DNA from: Clostridia bacterium
Lineage (GTDB): Bacteria; Bacillota; Clostridia; TANB77; CAG-508
Reading direction: 5' to 3'
NCBI GenBank assembly: GCA_045643205.1
Contig: JAZUKI010000007.1
Coordinates: 1 to 64,000 of the forward strand
Length of the DNA stretch: 64,000 nucleotides
Under the pieces are notes generated by a model. The model searched no databases and was not told where the DNA came from. It saw only the letters and a list, made by a program, of their open reading frames with translations. This document shows positions 49,134 through 60,200 of this stretch, piece after piece (position 1 is the first letter of the stretch; each line of letters begins with the position of its first letter). Both the position numbers and the translations under genes were made by a program.

Positions 49134-49484
49134 TTAAACGTTGTCCATAGACATGTGCTTTGTTAAATCTTCTCCACCTATTACATGAAAATGTATGTGT
49201 TTTACTGTTTGTCCAGCAAATTCACCACAATTGTTAATAATTCTAAAACCATCTTCAGCTATATTTTCTTGTTTTGCAATTATTTTGATAACTTCAAAAA
49301 TATGGTTTAGTAATTGACTATCTTCTAATTCCATAACATTTTTTATATGTTGTTTTGGTACAACTAAATCGTGTACTTTGGCAACTGGATTTAAGTCTTT
49401 AAATACTATTACTTGATCGTCTTCATAAACTTTTGTTGAAGGAATTTCTCCATTTGCAATTTTACAAAAAATACAATCTTCCAT
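49134..49484 (-). CDS. HIT family (Hint) nucleotide-binding protein
   Basis: DCIFCKI, GQTVKHIHFHVIGG; start set at MEDC behind AAGGAG. Confidence 0.93.
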   Translation of the reverse strand: MEDCIFCKIANGEIPSTKVYEDDQVIVFKDLNPVAKVHDLVVPKQHIKNVMELEDSQLLNHIFEVIKIIAKQENIAEDGFRIINNCGEFAGQTVKHIHFHVIGGEDLTKHMSMDNV

Positions 49485-49494
49485 ATTAATCTCC

Positions 49495-51249
49495 TTATTC
49501 AAGAACTGCCTTAATTCTTCTAACACCTGCTGAGCATGCTTCTTCTTTCTTTATTTTGAAATGTCCTAAAACTGATGTGTTTTCTACATGAGGTCCACCA
49601 CAAATTTCTTTTGAAATTTCTCCAATGCTATAAACTTTTACTATATCTGGATATCTTTCTAAAAACTCGTGTTCTGCACCAGCAGCTGCAGCTTCATTTT
49701 TATTCATTTCTTTGAATGAAACTGGTAAGCTTTGTTGAATCCATTCATTTACTTGATCTTCAACTTTTTGTTTTTCTTCATCAGTTAATTTATGGTCACA
49801 ATTGAAATCAAATCTCATTCTTTCAGGTGTTATGTTTGATCCTTTTTGATGGCAATCAGGGCTAACTACAACTCTTAAAGCTGCATTTAAAAGGTGTGTT
49901 GCTGTATGATATTTAATTTCTTGCTCACCTGTTCCTGATAATCCACCTTTGAATTTTTGATCAGAACCTGCTTTTGATTTTTCTTGATGTTCTTTAAATT
50001 TCTTTTCAATTTCAGCTGTATCAACAACTTCAAAGTTGTTTTCTTTAGCTAATTCTCTTGTTATTTCTGGTGGGAAACCATAAGTTTCATATAAGTTAAA
50101 TGCTGTATCTGCATCAATTAAGTTTTTGTTTTCTGATTTTAATTTGTTGATAACTTTAGTAAATTCTCTTTCGCCTCTTTCCAAAGTTCTCATAAATTTT
50201 TCTTGTTCTGCAATAATTGTTTCTTTGATTGTTTCTCTATTTATATCAAGTTCTTGATACATTTCTTTTAAAGTATCAATGTCTAAATCAATTAAATCAT
50301 TCATCTTGCTTAGGTCAATACCAAGTTTATTTAAGTGACGAGTCATTCTACGAATTAATCTTCTTAAAACATATCCTCTATCTACATTGCTTGGTCTTCC
50401 GCCATCTGAAATTATCATCATGCTAGAACGTAAATGTTCAGCGGCAATTCTTCTTGATTCGATACTATCATTAACTGCAAGTTCTTGTAATTTTTCCATT
50501 ACAGGTGCAAATAATTCTGTTTCAAATGGATCTTTCTTTCCTTCTAATAAGAATGTAATTCTTTCAAGTCCCATTCCAGTATCAACATTTTGTTGAGGAA
50601 GCTTTGTGTATTTTCCATCTTTCTTTAAGAATTGCATGAAAACGTTATTCCAAATTTCAACATATTTGCCACAATCACATGATGGTTGGCAATCTGGTCC
50701 ACAAGGTTCTTTTCCTGTATCGTAGAACATTTCTGTATCTGGTCCACAAGGTCCTTCTTCACCAGCAATCCACCAGTTATCATCTTTACCATAGAAATAA
50801 ATATGATCTTCAGCTATTCCTGCTTTCTTCCAGCAATCTGCTGTTAAGTTATCTCTTTCGCAGTCTTCATCTCCTGCAAAACATGTAACTGATATTTTTT
50901 CTACTGGAATTCCTAATTCTTTTGTTAAGAATTCGAAACTCATTGCAATTGATTCTTCTTTAAAATAGTCTCCTAATGACCAGTTTCCAAGCATTTCAAA
51001 GAAAGTTAAATGACGATTGTCACCAACTTCTTCAATATCGTTTGTTCTAACGCATTTTTGATAGTCTGTTAATCTTGTTCCTTCTGGATGTTTTTGTCCT
51101 AATAAATAAGGCACTAAAGGTTGCATTCCAGCTGTTGTAAATAATACAGATGGATCATTTTCAGGTATCAATGATGCACTTGGAATTCTCTTATGATTAT
51201 GATTTTCAAAAAATTTTAAATACTTTTCTCTAATTTCTATAGCTTTCAT
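49495..51249 (-). CDS. alaS: Alanine--tRNA ligase (short form lacking C-Ala domain)
   Basis: LFTTAGMQP, HLTFFEMLGNWS.GDYFK, GPCGP, DTGMGLER, editing HTATH and CGGPH; ends GVRRIKAVLE. Confidence 0.95.
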   Translation of the reverse strand: MKAIEIREKYLKFFENHNHKRIPSASLIPENDPSVLFTTAGMQPLVPYLLGQKHPEGTRLTDYQKCVRTNDIEEVGDNRHLTFFEMLGNWSLGDYFKEESIAMSFEFLTKELGIPVEKISVTCFAGDEDCERDNLTADCWKKAGIAEDHIYFYGKDDNWWIAGEEGPCGPDTEMFYDTGKEPCGPDCQPSCDCGKYVEIWNNVFMQFLKKDGKYTKLPQQNVDTGMGLERITFLLEGKKDPFETELFAPVMEKLQELAVNDSIESRRIAAEHLRSSMMIISDGGRPSNVDRGYVLRRLIRRMTRHLNKLGIDLSKMNDLIDLDIDTLKEMYQELDINRETIKETIIAEQEKFMRTLERGEREFTKVINKLKSENKNLIDADTAFNLYETYGFPPEITRELAKENNFEVVDTAEIEKKFKEHQEKSKAGSDQKFKGGLSGTGEQEIKYHTATHLLNAALRVVVSPDCHQKGSNITPERMRFDFNCDHKLTDEEKQKVEDQVNEWIQQSLPVSFKEMNKNEAAAAGAEHEFLERYPDIVKVYSIGEISKEICGGPHVENTSVLGHFKIKKEEACSAGVRRIKAVLE

Positions 51250-51304
51250 ATTTATCTCCATTTTGCGAATTTTCACGCATTTTTATGTCCGTAATTATAA
51301 CATA

Positions 51305-52504
51305 TTATTTGTTAAATGCCAACTTTACAGTATCTTTGGCAATCATTAATTCTTCATTTGTTGGAACTACTGCAACAGTGATTTTTGAGTCTGCTGTTGA
51401 TAGAATTACTTCATCACCAAAGCAATCTATATTTGCTTTTTCATCAATTTCAATTCCCATGTATTTTAAGTTTTCACAAATTAATTTTCTAACTATTGAT
51501 TGATGTTCACCAATTCCACCTGTGAAAACTAATGTATTCATTCCTTGTAAAGCAACACAATATTTAGCTACATATTGAGCTACATTGTATGCATACATTT
51601 TTATAGCAAGCATTGCTCTTTCGTTGCCTTCTCTAGCTGCTATTTCAATTTCTCTAAAATCATCTGAAACTCCTGCAATTCCATACATTCCAGATTTTTT
51701 ATTTAAAATAGAATCCATTTCTTCTGGAGTCTTCTTTTCAATATCCATTATACGAAGTACTACTGATGGATCTAAATCACCGCTTCTTGCAACCATTTCT
51801 ATTCCAGCAACAGATGTATATCCCATTGATGTATCAACACTCTTGCCATCTTTTACTGCACAAAGTGATGCACCTTGTCCTAAATGACAGATAACCATTT
51901 TTAATTCTTCTGCTTTTTTTCCTAAGAACTTTTCTGTTTCTTCAGTTACAAATCTAAATGATGTTCCGTGGAAACCATATTTTCTTATTCCATATTTTTC
52001 ATAATATTCATAAGGAATTGGATATAAATATCTTTCCTCAGGAATTGTTTGATGGAATGATGTATCAAAAACAACTGTCATTGGTGTTTCTGGCATTAAT
52101 TTTTGACATGCTTGAATTGTTGCTACTGCACCTGGGTTGTGTAATTGATCAATTGGAATTAATTCTATTAATTTTTCAACGATCTCTGGTGTAACTAATT
52201 CTGATTTTGTCATTGTTCCACCATGAACAATTCTATGTCCAATTGCTGAAATTTCATCTAATGAGTTTAAAACTCCATTATCTTTATCTACTAGTTCATC
52301 TAAAATAATTTTAATTGCTTCACCGTGATTCTCAACGTTTTGTTTTATAACAACATTTTCTTTTTCAGGTCTCTTATGTGTTAGAAAACTTCCCTCACTT
52401 CCTATCATTTCATAATTTCCTTTGGCTGAAACCTCTGTTGTGTCCATATCAATTAATTGATATTTTAATGATGATGATCCACAGTTAATAACTAAAATGT
52501 TCAT
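51305..52504 (-). CDS. ackA: Acetate kinase family protein (copy 1, more divergent)
   Basis: INCGSSSLKYQL, HRIVHGG, YGFHGTS, RSGDLDP, PTNEELMIA. Confidence 0.88.
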   Translation of the reverse strand: MNILVINCGSSSLKYQLIDMDTTEVSAKGNYEMIGSEGSFLTHKRPEKENVVIKQNVENHGEAIKIILDELVDKDNGVLNSLDEISAIGHRIVHGGTMTKSELVTPEIVEKLIELIPIDQLHNPGAVATIQACQKLMPETPMTVVFDTSFHQTIPEERYLYPIPYEYYEKYGIRKYGFHGTSFRFVTEETEKFLGKKAEELKMVICHLGQGASLCAVKDGKSVDTSMGYTSVAGIEMVARSGDLDPSVVLRIMDIEKKTPEEMDSILNKKSGMYGIAGVSDDFREIEIAAREGNERAMLAIKMYAYNVAQYVAKYCVALQGMNTLVFTGGIGEHQSIVRKLICENLKYMGIEIDEKANIDCFGDEVILSTADSKITVAVVPTNEELMIAKDTVKLAFNK

Positions 52505-52573
52505 TTCTTCTCCTTATTTCTTTATGTATTTTTATATTTTAAAATATGTAATCAAATATGCAATTACACGTAC

Positions 52574-52600
52574 AAAAAGCCGATGAAAAATATCGGCTTT
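52574..52600 (-). terminator. Intrinsic terminator between the two ackA copies
   Basis: aaaagccgat / atcggctttt inverted repeat. Confidence 0.75.
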
Positions 52601-52609
52601 TATTATTCA

Positions 52610-53818
52610 TTATTTTAAGTTTTCAACAATTTGTTTTGTATCTCTAGCAATCATTAATTCTTCCTCTGTAGGAATTGTCCAAACTTCAACTTTTGAATTG
52701 TCTGTAGAAATTTTTCTTTCTTCTGCTTTTACTTGATTAGCTTCAACATCTAATTCAACGCCCATCCAAGTAAGTTTTTCGCAAATCATTTTTCTTTCAT
52801 CAATTCCTCTTTCACCAACACCACCTGTGAAGATGATACCATCAACTCCGTTCATTGCAACTACCATCTTAGCAATATATTGAGCAATAATATATGTGTA
52901 TGTTTCAAGAGCTAATTTAGATTTTTCAGCATTTTCATCATTATTTTCAATTGATGATAATAAATCTCTATTATCGCCTGATAATTCTGAAATACCTAAC
53001 ATTCCTGATTCTTTGTTTAACATTGTATCCATTTGTTCAGGAGTTAATTTTTCTTTTTCCATAATGTATGTAACAACAGAAGGATCTAAATCACCACTTC
53101 TTGTTCCCATCATAATACCGCCTAAAGAAGTGAATCCCATTGTTGTATCTACTGCTTTACCATTTTCTACTGCACAAAGTGAAGCACCTTGTCCAATGTG
53201 GCATGTAACTAATTTTAATCCTTTTTCAGGATCTCTTCCCATCACTTCTGCACCTCTCTTAGATACATATCTATGAGATGTTCCATGGAATCCATATTTT
53301 CTTATTCCATATTTTTCATAGAATTTATATGGAATCGGATATAAATATCTTGATTCAGGAATTGTTTGATGGAATGATGTATCATATACTGTAACCATTG
53401 GTGTTTCTGGCATTAAGTCTTTGCAAGCTTCAATAACTGAAATTGCTGCTGGATTGTGAAGTGGATCAAGTGGTATTAATTCTTTTAAGTTATCGATAAC
53501 TTCATCTGTAACAAGCATTGATTCTGTCATTGTTCCACCATGAACAATTCTATGTCCAACTGCTGTTATTTCACTTAAATCTTTAACAACACCATATTCA
53601 CTATTTGTGAATTCCTTTAAAACAACATCTAAAGCTTCTTTATGATTTGCAACAGCTTTTTCTGTTGTGTACTTTTCACCGTTAACTTTATGTGTAACGA
53701 ATGAATTATCTGATCCTATTCTTTCATAATTTCCTTTTGCCAAAACCTTTTCATTTTCCATATCAATTAATTGATATTTCATTGAAGATGAACCACTATT
53801 GATTACTAAAATTTTCAT
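52610..53818 (-). CDS. ackA: Acetate kinase family protein (copy 2)
   Basis: INSGSSSMKYQL, HRIVHGG, YGFHGTSH, MGTRSGDLDP, PTEEELMIA. Confidence 0.9.
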   Translation of the reverse strand: MKILVINSGSSSMKYQLIDMENEKVLAKGNYERIGSDNSFVTHKVNGEKYTTEKAVANHKEALDVVLKEFTNSEYGVVKDLSEITAVGHRIVHGGTMTESMLVTDEVIDNLKELIPLDPLHNPAAISVIEACKDLMPETPMVTVYDTSFHQTIPESRYLYPIPYKFYEKYGIRKYGFHGTSHRYVSKRGAEVMGRDPEKGLKLVTCHIGQGASLCAVENGKAVDTTMGFTSLGGIMMGTRSGDLDPSVVTYIMEKEKLTPEQMDTMLNKESGMLGISELSGDNRDLLSSIENNDENAEKSKLALETYTYIIAQYIAKMVVAMNGVDGIIFTGGVGERGIDERKMICEKLTWMGVELDVEANQVKAEERKISTDNSKVEVWTIPTEEELMIARDTKQIVENLK

Positions 53819-53944
53819 TATTTTTTAGATTCCTTTCCAAAAAGTATACGAAACATATTATATATAATTTTTGCCTAAAGTACAAGGGTTAAGAGTCATT
53901 AATTTAATAAATTATTTCCCTTTTTTTCCGTTTCTGCTGATCAA

Positions 53945-54859
53945 TTATTTCTCTGTTTTTTCTTCTTCTATTGATAAATATTTTATTCTCTCATTGTCAC
54001 TATTTTTTATCAATTTACCTGTTGTTTCATCAACTTTTAAGATTATTCCTGTACTGTTTATTAGGTGTGAAACTTCTAAACTATATTTCAAATTTTTGCC
54101 AGTTAAATCTATATTAGCTAAAATTGTTTTCCCTCTAACTTCTTCTATTACACTTTTGCTATTAACCACTTGATTTTGTTCATCTATAGTATCTTCATTT
54201 AATGAGATAAAAACTGTATCATATCTTGGAATAATCAATAATTTGGGACCATTGCCTAAATTGTAAGAAACATATTTACTAAATTCTATCTCATCTTCAA
54301 AATATTTTTCAATTAACTTTTTCTTTTCTTCTTCTGTCTTAAACACTACTATTGCCACTTCTTCATCATCTTTGAAATCTACCTTTGGATGTAATTCTAT
54401 TTCAATAAACTTTCCTGCAATAAAATCAATTGTGTTTCCTTCAAATCCTGTTGCAAGCCAAGTTCTTTTATCTACAACAAATCGATCAAGTTGAATGCCT
54501 TCGCTATCTAATGTATCAATAATAATTTGCTCATTCTTTTTATCATCAATTACTTCAATTTTATCAGGCATTATAGAAGAATTATTATTGTAAAAATTCT
54601 TAACAGCTTCTTTCCAATCTTCCATTGTTTTTTCTGAATAATCTCTTTCATCAACCTTTTTATCATTAACCACATTATTTGCAATTTCATTATTTATTGT
54701 ATTATCTGTAGCATTTATAGTATTTGTCCCATTTGATATATTGTTTATTGTATTTGCTGATTGTTCTTGATTTTGGCTATTTACTATTAAAATAACTACA
54801 GCTCCAATTGCTATTGCAATTGCTAAAATTCCTAATATTGCTTTTATTTTGTTACTCAT
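53945..54859 (-). CDS. Hypothetical membrane-anchored exported protein with Asn-rich linker
   Basis: TM ILGILAIAIAIGAVVILIV, N/T-rich linker; start at MSNK behind AAGGAG. Confidence 0.7.
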   Translation of the reverse strand: MSNKIKAILGILAIAIAIGAVVILIVNSQNQEQSANTINNISNGTNTINATDNTINNEIANNVVNDKKVDERDYSEKTMEDWKEAVKNFYNNNSSIMPDKIEVIDDKKNEQIIIDTLDSEGIQLDRFVVDKRTWLATGFEGNTIDFIAGKFIEIELHPKVDFKDDEEVAIVVFKTEEEKKKLIEKYFEDEIEFSKYVSYNLGNGPKLLIIPRYDTVFISLNEDTIDEQNQVVNSKSVIEEVRGKTILANIDLTGKNLKYSLEVSHLINSTGIILKVDETTGKLIKNSDNERIKYLSIEEEKTEK

Positions 54860-54916
54860 ATTTTCTCCTTGCATTTTTTATTGTCTCATAATAATTATTT
54901 TACCATAACTACTATT

Positions 54917-55645
54917 TTATTTTCTATACTTATTTAAAGCTTCTTTTTCTTCTTTACTTACTCTATATGAATCATGTATTTTGCTAATTGATTTGTTTTG
55001 TGTAAACTTGTTTAATTTGTTCTCCTTTAAAAAAGCTTTTGTTTCTTTAGGGAACATTGTATACATCTCGCATATCAACCAAGCTTCCGCCATATTTATA
55101 TAGAATTTATCGCTGTTAATTTTATTTAAAGTACTAAATATTATTTCTAAATTTTCTTTACTTATAAAGTGATTTAAAATGATGACCAATCCTACTCTTG
55201 ATATAAATTCTTTACTATTTAAACTCATTTCAATTGCTTCTTTAAAATATTTTTCTTCGTATTTTTCTACTATTTTTAAAGAACTACAAAAGCTATCACA
55301 TAAAGCCCAATTATCGATTTTTTTTATGAACTTCTTATAATTTTTATAAAATATTTTTTCATCTTTTATATGAGAAATAACTAATCCTTGAATCATTACT
55401 TCTTCATAATATTTTTCTTGAGCTATCTTTAAAAAACCTTCAATATCACCTTTAGCAATTATCTTTGCAATATTACGCATAATTGGTACTCGGATTCCTA
55501 TAAATTCATACTTTGAATTTAATACAAGTGAAGTATGGAATTCTTTGTATTCTAAATCTTGTATACTTTTTAAATAAGTTATAAATGTTTTATAAGTTTT
55601 TTCTGTCCATTCTTTAGGACATTCAAATTGATCACTCATTTTCAC
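54917..55645 (-). CDS. DNA alkylation repair protein (AlkD-like HEAT-repeat family)
   Basis: GIRVP..R.IAK, YYEE.MIQG, IDNWALCD, YINMA.AW, NK.I.KI.DSYR. Confidence 0.85.
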   Translation of the reverse strand: MKMSDQFECPKEWTEKTYKTFITYLKSIQDLEYKEFHTSLVLNSKYEFIGIRVPIMRNIAKIIAKGDIEGFLKIAQEKYYEEVMIQGLVISHIKDEKIFYKNYKKFIKKIDNWALCDSFCSSLKIVEKYEEKYFKEAIEMSLNSKEFISRVGLVIILNHFISKENLEIIFSTLNKINSDKFYINMAEAWLICEMYTMFPKETKAFLKENKLNKFTQNKSISKIHDSYRVSKEEKEALNKYRK

Positions 55646-55661
55646 TCCATTTGTATTATTC

Positions 55662-56138
55662 TTAATAAATTGTTTTATCTTCTTTTTCTTTAAATTTATT
55701 AAATGTTTCTATTGTTTCTTCTCTATCCATAGTTGCTAATTCTAGAACATTATTATCATTTTCGTTCTCTGATAATTTTTTAATATAACTATAAATAAAG
55801 TCATCTCTAAATCCAATATCTGCTGCATCTTCTTTTGTATTGCCATAATAAACTTTCTTAATATTTGACCAAATTATTGCTGATAAACACATTGGACATG
55901 GATAACAAGAAGTATATAATTCACATCCACTTAAGTCATATGAATTAATGTTTTTACATGCATCTCTTATTGCCATTACTTCAGCATGAGCTGTTGGATC
56001 ATTGTTACATAAAACATGATTTGATCCTCTTCCTATTATTTTTCCATCTTTTACAACGCAAGCGCCAAAAGGACCTCCTGCATTTGTTTCTAAGTTTTCT
56101 TCTGCTAGCTCTTTAGCTATTTTCATAATTTCATTCAT
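55662..56138 (-). CDS. guaD: Guanine deaminase-like zinc-dependent deaminase
   Basis: GGPFGA.VV, DPTAHAEV.AIR.AC, LYTSC.PCPMCLSAI.W, GF.D..IY as in B. subtilis GuaD. Confidence 0.8.
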   Translation of the reverse strand: MNEIMKIAKELAEENLETNAGGPFGACVVKDGKIIGRGSNHVLCNNDPTAHAEVMAIRDACKNINSYDLSGCELYTSCYPCPMCLSAIIWSNIKKVYYGNTKEDAADIGFRDDFIYSYIKKLSENENDNNVLELATMDREETIETFNKFKEKEDKTIY

Positions 56139-56201
56139 TTGTAATCTCCCTATAAATTTATTATAGCAAATAATATTTGAAACTAAATTCTTCTAATTAT
56201 A

Positions 56202-56236
56202 AAAAAAGATTCTAACTAGTAATAGTTAGAATCTTT
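56202..56236 (-). terminator. Terminator after tRNA-Met
   Basis: aaagattctaacta / tagttagaatcttt hairpin with A run on plus strand. Confidence 0.8.
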
Positions 56237-56242
56237 GATGTC

Positions 56243-56319
56243 TGGTAGCGATGAGTGGATTCGAACCGCTGACCGATCGGGTATGAACCGATTGCTCTAG
56301 CCAACTGAGCTACATCGCC
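56243..56319 (-). tRNA. tRNA-Met (CAU), elongator type
   Basis: GGCGATGTAGCTCAGTTGGCTAGAGCAATCGGTT-CAT-ACCCGAT...GGTTCGAATCC...CTACCA; paired 1-72, no GGG/CCC anticodon stem. Confidence 0.93.
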
Positions 56320-56456
56320 ATAAATTTGACAAGGTTTATTATACTAGAAATAACTCACCTTGTCAATTATATTATTAATTTTATTTAGTCTTATTTTTAG
56401 ACTATTACATTTTCATATTAATCTGTTTTATAAGATCTTATATTTGCCTTTTAGTA

Positions 56457-56930
56457 CTATTTTTCAGCTTTTTCTGATTTTAATAAATCTCTAATTTCTT
56501 CTAATAGTTTTGTTTCATCACTTTTAACAACTTCTGCAACTTCTTCTGTTGTTTGTTTCTTTCTCATCTTGTTACCAATTGATGTTACAATTTTTAATGA
56601 TAAGAATAATATAAGTGCTACTAATAAGAAATCAACTACATTTTGGATAAATGCACCATATGTAATTACTGTTTCACCAATCTTTGCATTTAGACTTGTG
56701 AAATTAACGTTTCCAATTAAAGCTCCAATAAGTGGCATGATAATATCATTTACAAGAGATGTAACAATTTTAGAGAAAGCACCACCAACGATAACGCCGA
56801 CAGCCATGTCTAAAACATTTCCTCTCATTATAAATTCTTTAAATTCAGTTAGCATTCCTTTGCTTGCTTCTTTCATTTTTTCTTTCTTAGCTTTTAATTC
56901 TTCTTTTGATAATTTTTCACCTTTTCCCAT
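56457..56930 (-). CDS. mscL: Large-conductance mechanosensitive channel
   Basis: EFKEFIMRGNVLDMAVGVIVGGAF.KIV.SLV.DIIMP, LL.EIRDLL. Confidence 0.96.
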   Translation of the reverse strand: MGKGEKLSKEELKAKKEKMKEASKGMLTEFKEFIMRGNVLDMAVGVIVGGAFSKIVTSLVNDIIMPLIGALIGNVNFTSLNAKIGETVITYGAFIQNVVDFLLVALILFLSLKIVTSIGNKMRKKQTTEEVAEVVKSDETKLLEEIRDLLKSEKAEK

Positions 56931-56948
56931 AATCTTTCTCCTTTTTAT

Positions 56949-57185
56949 TTATATTAATTTTACAGTTTGATCTAGTGGAACTTTTTGTTTAGTAGGTATT
57001 CCTATAATTTCAAATTTTGAAGTAGAATTTCCAAATTGAATTTCAATTATATCTCCAACTTTTACTTCATAACTAGGCTTTACTACTCTTCCATTTGCCT
57101 TAATTCTGCCATTATCTGCTGCTTCATTTGCTACAGTTCTTCTTTTGATTATTTGTGTAACCTTTAAAAATTTATCTATTCTCAT
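56949..57185 (-). CDS. S4-domain RNA-binding protein (YabO/RqcP family)
   Basis: MRIDKFLKV..IIKRRTVA.EA...GRI..NG...KPS..VKVGD. Confidence 0.9.
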   Translation of the reverse strand: MRIDKFLKVTQIIKRRTVANEAADNGRIKANGRVVKPSYEVKVGDIIEIQFGNSTSKFEIIGIPTKQKVPLDQTVKLI

Positions 57186-57229
57186 GTGTTTTTCCTTTCA
57201 AAAGTAGCTTTATAATATCACCTTTTTAA

Positions 57230-60200
57230 TTAAATTTCTACTAATTTATTTAGGTAAGTTGAATATATTACTTTTTGAGCTACCTTTCTATGTGTTGATT
57301 TTTCAATGGCTATTTTATACATATTTAGTTGATTACTGTATCGTTCTTTTAAAACCTTTTCATCAACATTATGATCAGTCTTATAATCTACCAAAATTAA
57401 ATCTCCATCTTTATCAATATAATATAGGTCGATAACACCTTGAATTAATATCTTTTCACCAGTTCCTTCATAATCTATATTCATATAAAACGGTGTTTCT
57501 TTATGAATTTCTTTTGCTTCTTTTAATGCTTTAAATAAATCTGATTCAATATAGTTTTCTATTATCTTTTTATCTTTAATCAAATATTCTTTTTCAAACT
57601 CTTTTAATTTTAATTTTTCAATCAATCTTTCTATATCTTCATCTTCTATTTTTTCTAAAGCTTTGTGTATCAATGTTCCTTTATGTGCTGATGTAAGTTC
57701 TTCTTCCTTATCAATTTTTAATTCATCAAATGTTTGGAAGGTGTTTTCGTTGAAACTTTCTTGCTCATCATTTAGTGAATCTAATAATACAACTTCGCTA
57801 TCTTCAAATTTTAAATTGCTATTTTTTAATGCAGTAACAGAAGTCTTACTTTGTAAATCAATTCTAACTTTATCTTTATATTCCCATTTTAGTAATTCAT
57901 CAATTTGTTGATATTTTGCTTTATCTAAGTTTACTTCTAGTTTTCTTAAATCAATTTTATTAATATCTTCATCACTTGCTGGCCTTTCAATGTCTTCACG
58001 AGAAACAAAGTTTATTTTCAAGTTTAGTTTATCAGTTGCTTGATTTACTAGCTCAATCCAGTCTATATATCTTGCATATTTGCTAACTATTTTACTTGAT
58101 AATTTCTCATGCTTGTTAAATCCAAAGAATTTTTTAATTTCTTCGCCTTTTTTATTGTATTTTTCTTCAGCTTTTTTGTCTGATCCAATGATTAGTAGTT
58201 TTTCTTTTGCTCTTGTTAAAGCAACATATAGAAGTCTCATTTCTTCTGAAACCATTTCATTTCTAGCTTTTATATTTATTGCTTCTTTTGCAAGAGTTGG
58301 ATATCTTGTGTATTCATTTATAAAATCAACACCTAATCCTAAATCTTGATTTAAAATAACTTTATTTGATAAATCTGTTAGATTAAATTGTTTTCCTACA
58401 CCACATAAAAATACAACGGGAAATTCTAGACCTTTACTTTTGTGAATACTCATAATTCTTACTACGTCTTCATTTTCGCCTATAATTTTTGCTGCTCCAA
58501 TTGTGTTTTTAGGCTTGCTAGCTACTCTTTCTATAAAAGTTATAAAATTAAATAATCCTTTAAAACTAATGCTTTCATATTCTTTTGCTTTTTCAAATAA
58601 CTTTCTTAAATTTGCTTGTCTGATTTTTCCGTTTGGCATCATTCTTACATAATGATAATAACCTGTTTTAACATAGATATACCAAATTAATTCATCAAGT
58701 GGCATTACTTTTTCTTTTTTTCTTAAGTCATCAATCAAATTTAAAAAGTCTCTTATTTTTTCAAATAATCTAACTTCAATTAAATCTAAATCTTTGTGAT
58801 TTATATCTGCTGGATTAAGTTCTACATAAGCTTTTTGAAGTGCATAATAAAAATTGTTTTCTCTATCAAATAATCTAATATCTACTAAATCATTGTCATT
58901 AAATCCTCCAATTGGTGAACGCATTGCTGTAATTAATTGAATATCTTGAAGTGGATTATCAATTACATTTAATAATGACAAGATTGTATCTATTTCTATT
59001 GTATGTAAATAATCTGAACCAACATCTGTAAAAACAGGAATATTTGATTCAATCATTTCTTTTTCAAAAATAGGTGCCATTGTTGATGGGCTTCTCATCA
59101 ATATACACATATCTCTATATTGAACACCTTGATCATGAAGCTCTTTTATTTTGGTACAAAGTAAATCTGCTTCAAGTGTTGACCATTCAACAACTTCCTC
59201 TTCTATTTCATTTTCTTCTTCATCTTCGTTTTCAATGTTCAAATCATTTTCTTCATCTTTCCATATATCTTGAGTGGGTTCTTTTTTATTCTTTTCTATT
59301 ACATACATTTCTGTTGAAACATCAAAACTAGGTTCTTCATAGTTTGCACCATAGTTTAGATATTCTTCTTCTGTGTAATCCATCTCTCCTAAATCTTTGC
59401 TCATAATAAATTGGAATATTGTGTTTGTGAAATCTAGAATTTGTTTTCTACTTCTAAAGTTCTTATATAATTGAACTTTAGATGGATTGTTTAGATTTGT
59501 TTCACCTTGAATTGCTAAATCGTATTTTTCATATTTTTCTTGGAATAATTCAGGACGTGCTTCTCTAAATCTATAAATACTTTGTTTAACATCTCCAACC
59601 ATAAAGATATTATGACCATTGCTTACACTGCTTAAAATGCTTTCTTGAATTAAGTTTGAATCTTGATATTCATCTACTAAAATTTCATTGAATGAATATT
59701 TTTTTGCTATTTCAGTTTTTTCACCATTTTCATCAATTAATAAATTTAATGCGATGTGCTCAATATCATTAAAGTCAATTATATTCTTTTCCATTTTTCT
59801 TCTATTGTATTCTTTTTCAAAATCATACAATAGATTTCTTAAAGCAATTAAAGTTGGATACATTTCTCTTATATCATCGATTGCTTGTCTTGAATCAAAT
59901 TTAAAATACTTTTCAGTTATATTTTTAATTTTTTTCTTAATGATATCTCTATCTTCTTTTGCTCTATTTTTTATTTCAATTTCTTCATCATTTAAACCTC
60001 TTTTTGAAGAACTCCATGTTTGAAAACTCTTATTGATAGCATTTGCTGTTTTGTATGCTTCATCCCAAGTTGATATATTAAAACTTTCAATCATTTTTAT
60101 ATCTTCATCTACTGTAGATATCCATGGTGCCAAATTTGTATAGTCTTTAATACGGTCTCTGATTTGATTAGCATTTATTGCTTCTGTTTCAAATTTTTCT

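Noticed and set aside
53871-53896. Loose intergenic motif (..AAGGGTT..) also seen near 470-490, 25270-25290 and 35645-35660
   Set aside because: Alignment too degenerate to distinguish from chance without a genome-wide motif search
56140-56200. Purine riboswitch upstream of the guanine deaminase
   Set aside because: No purine aptamer consensus and too little space before the tRNA terminator
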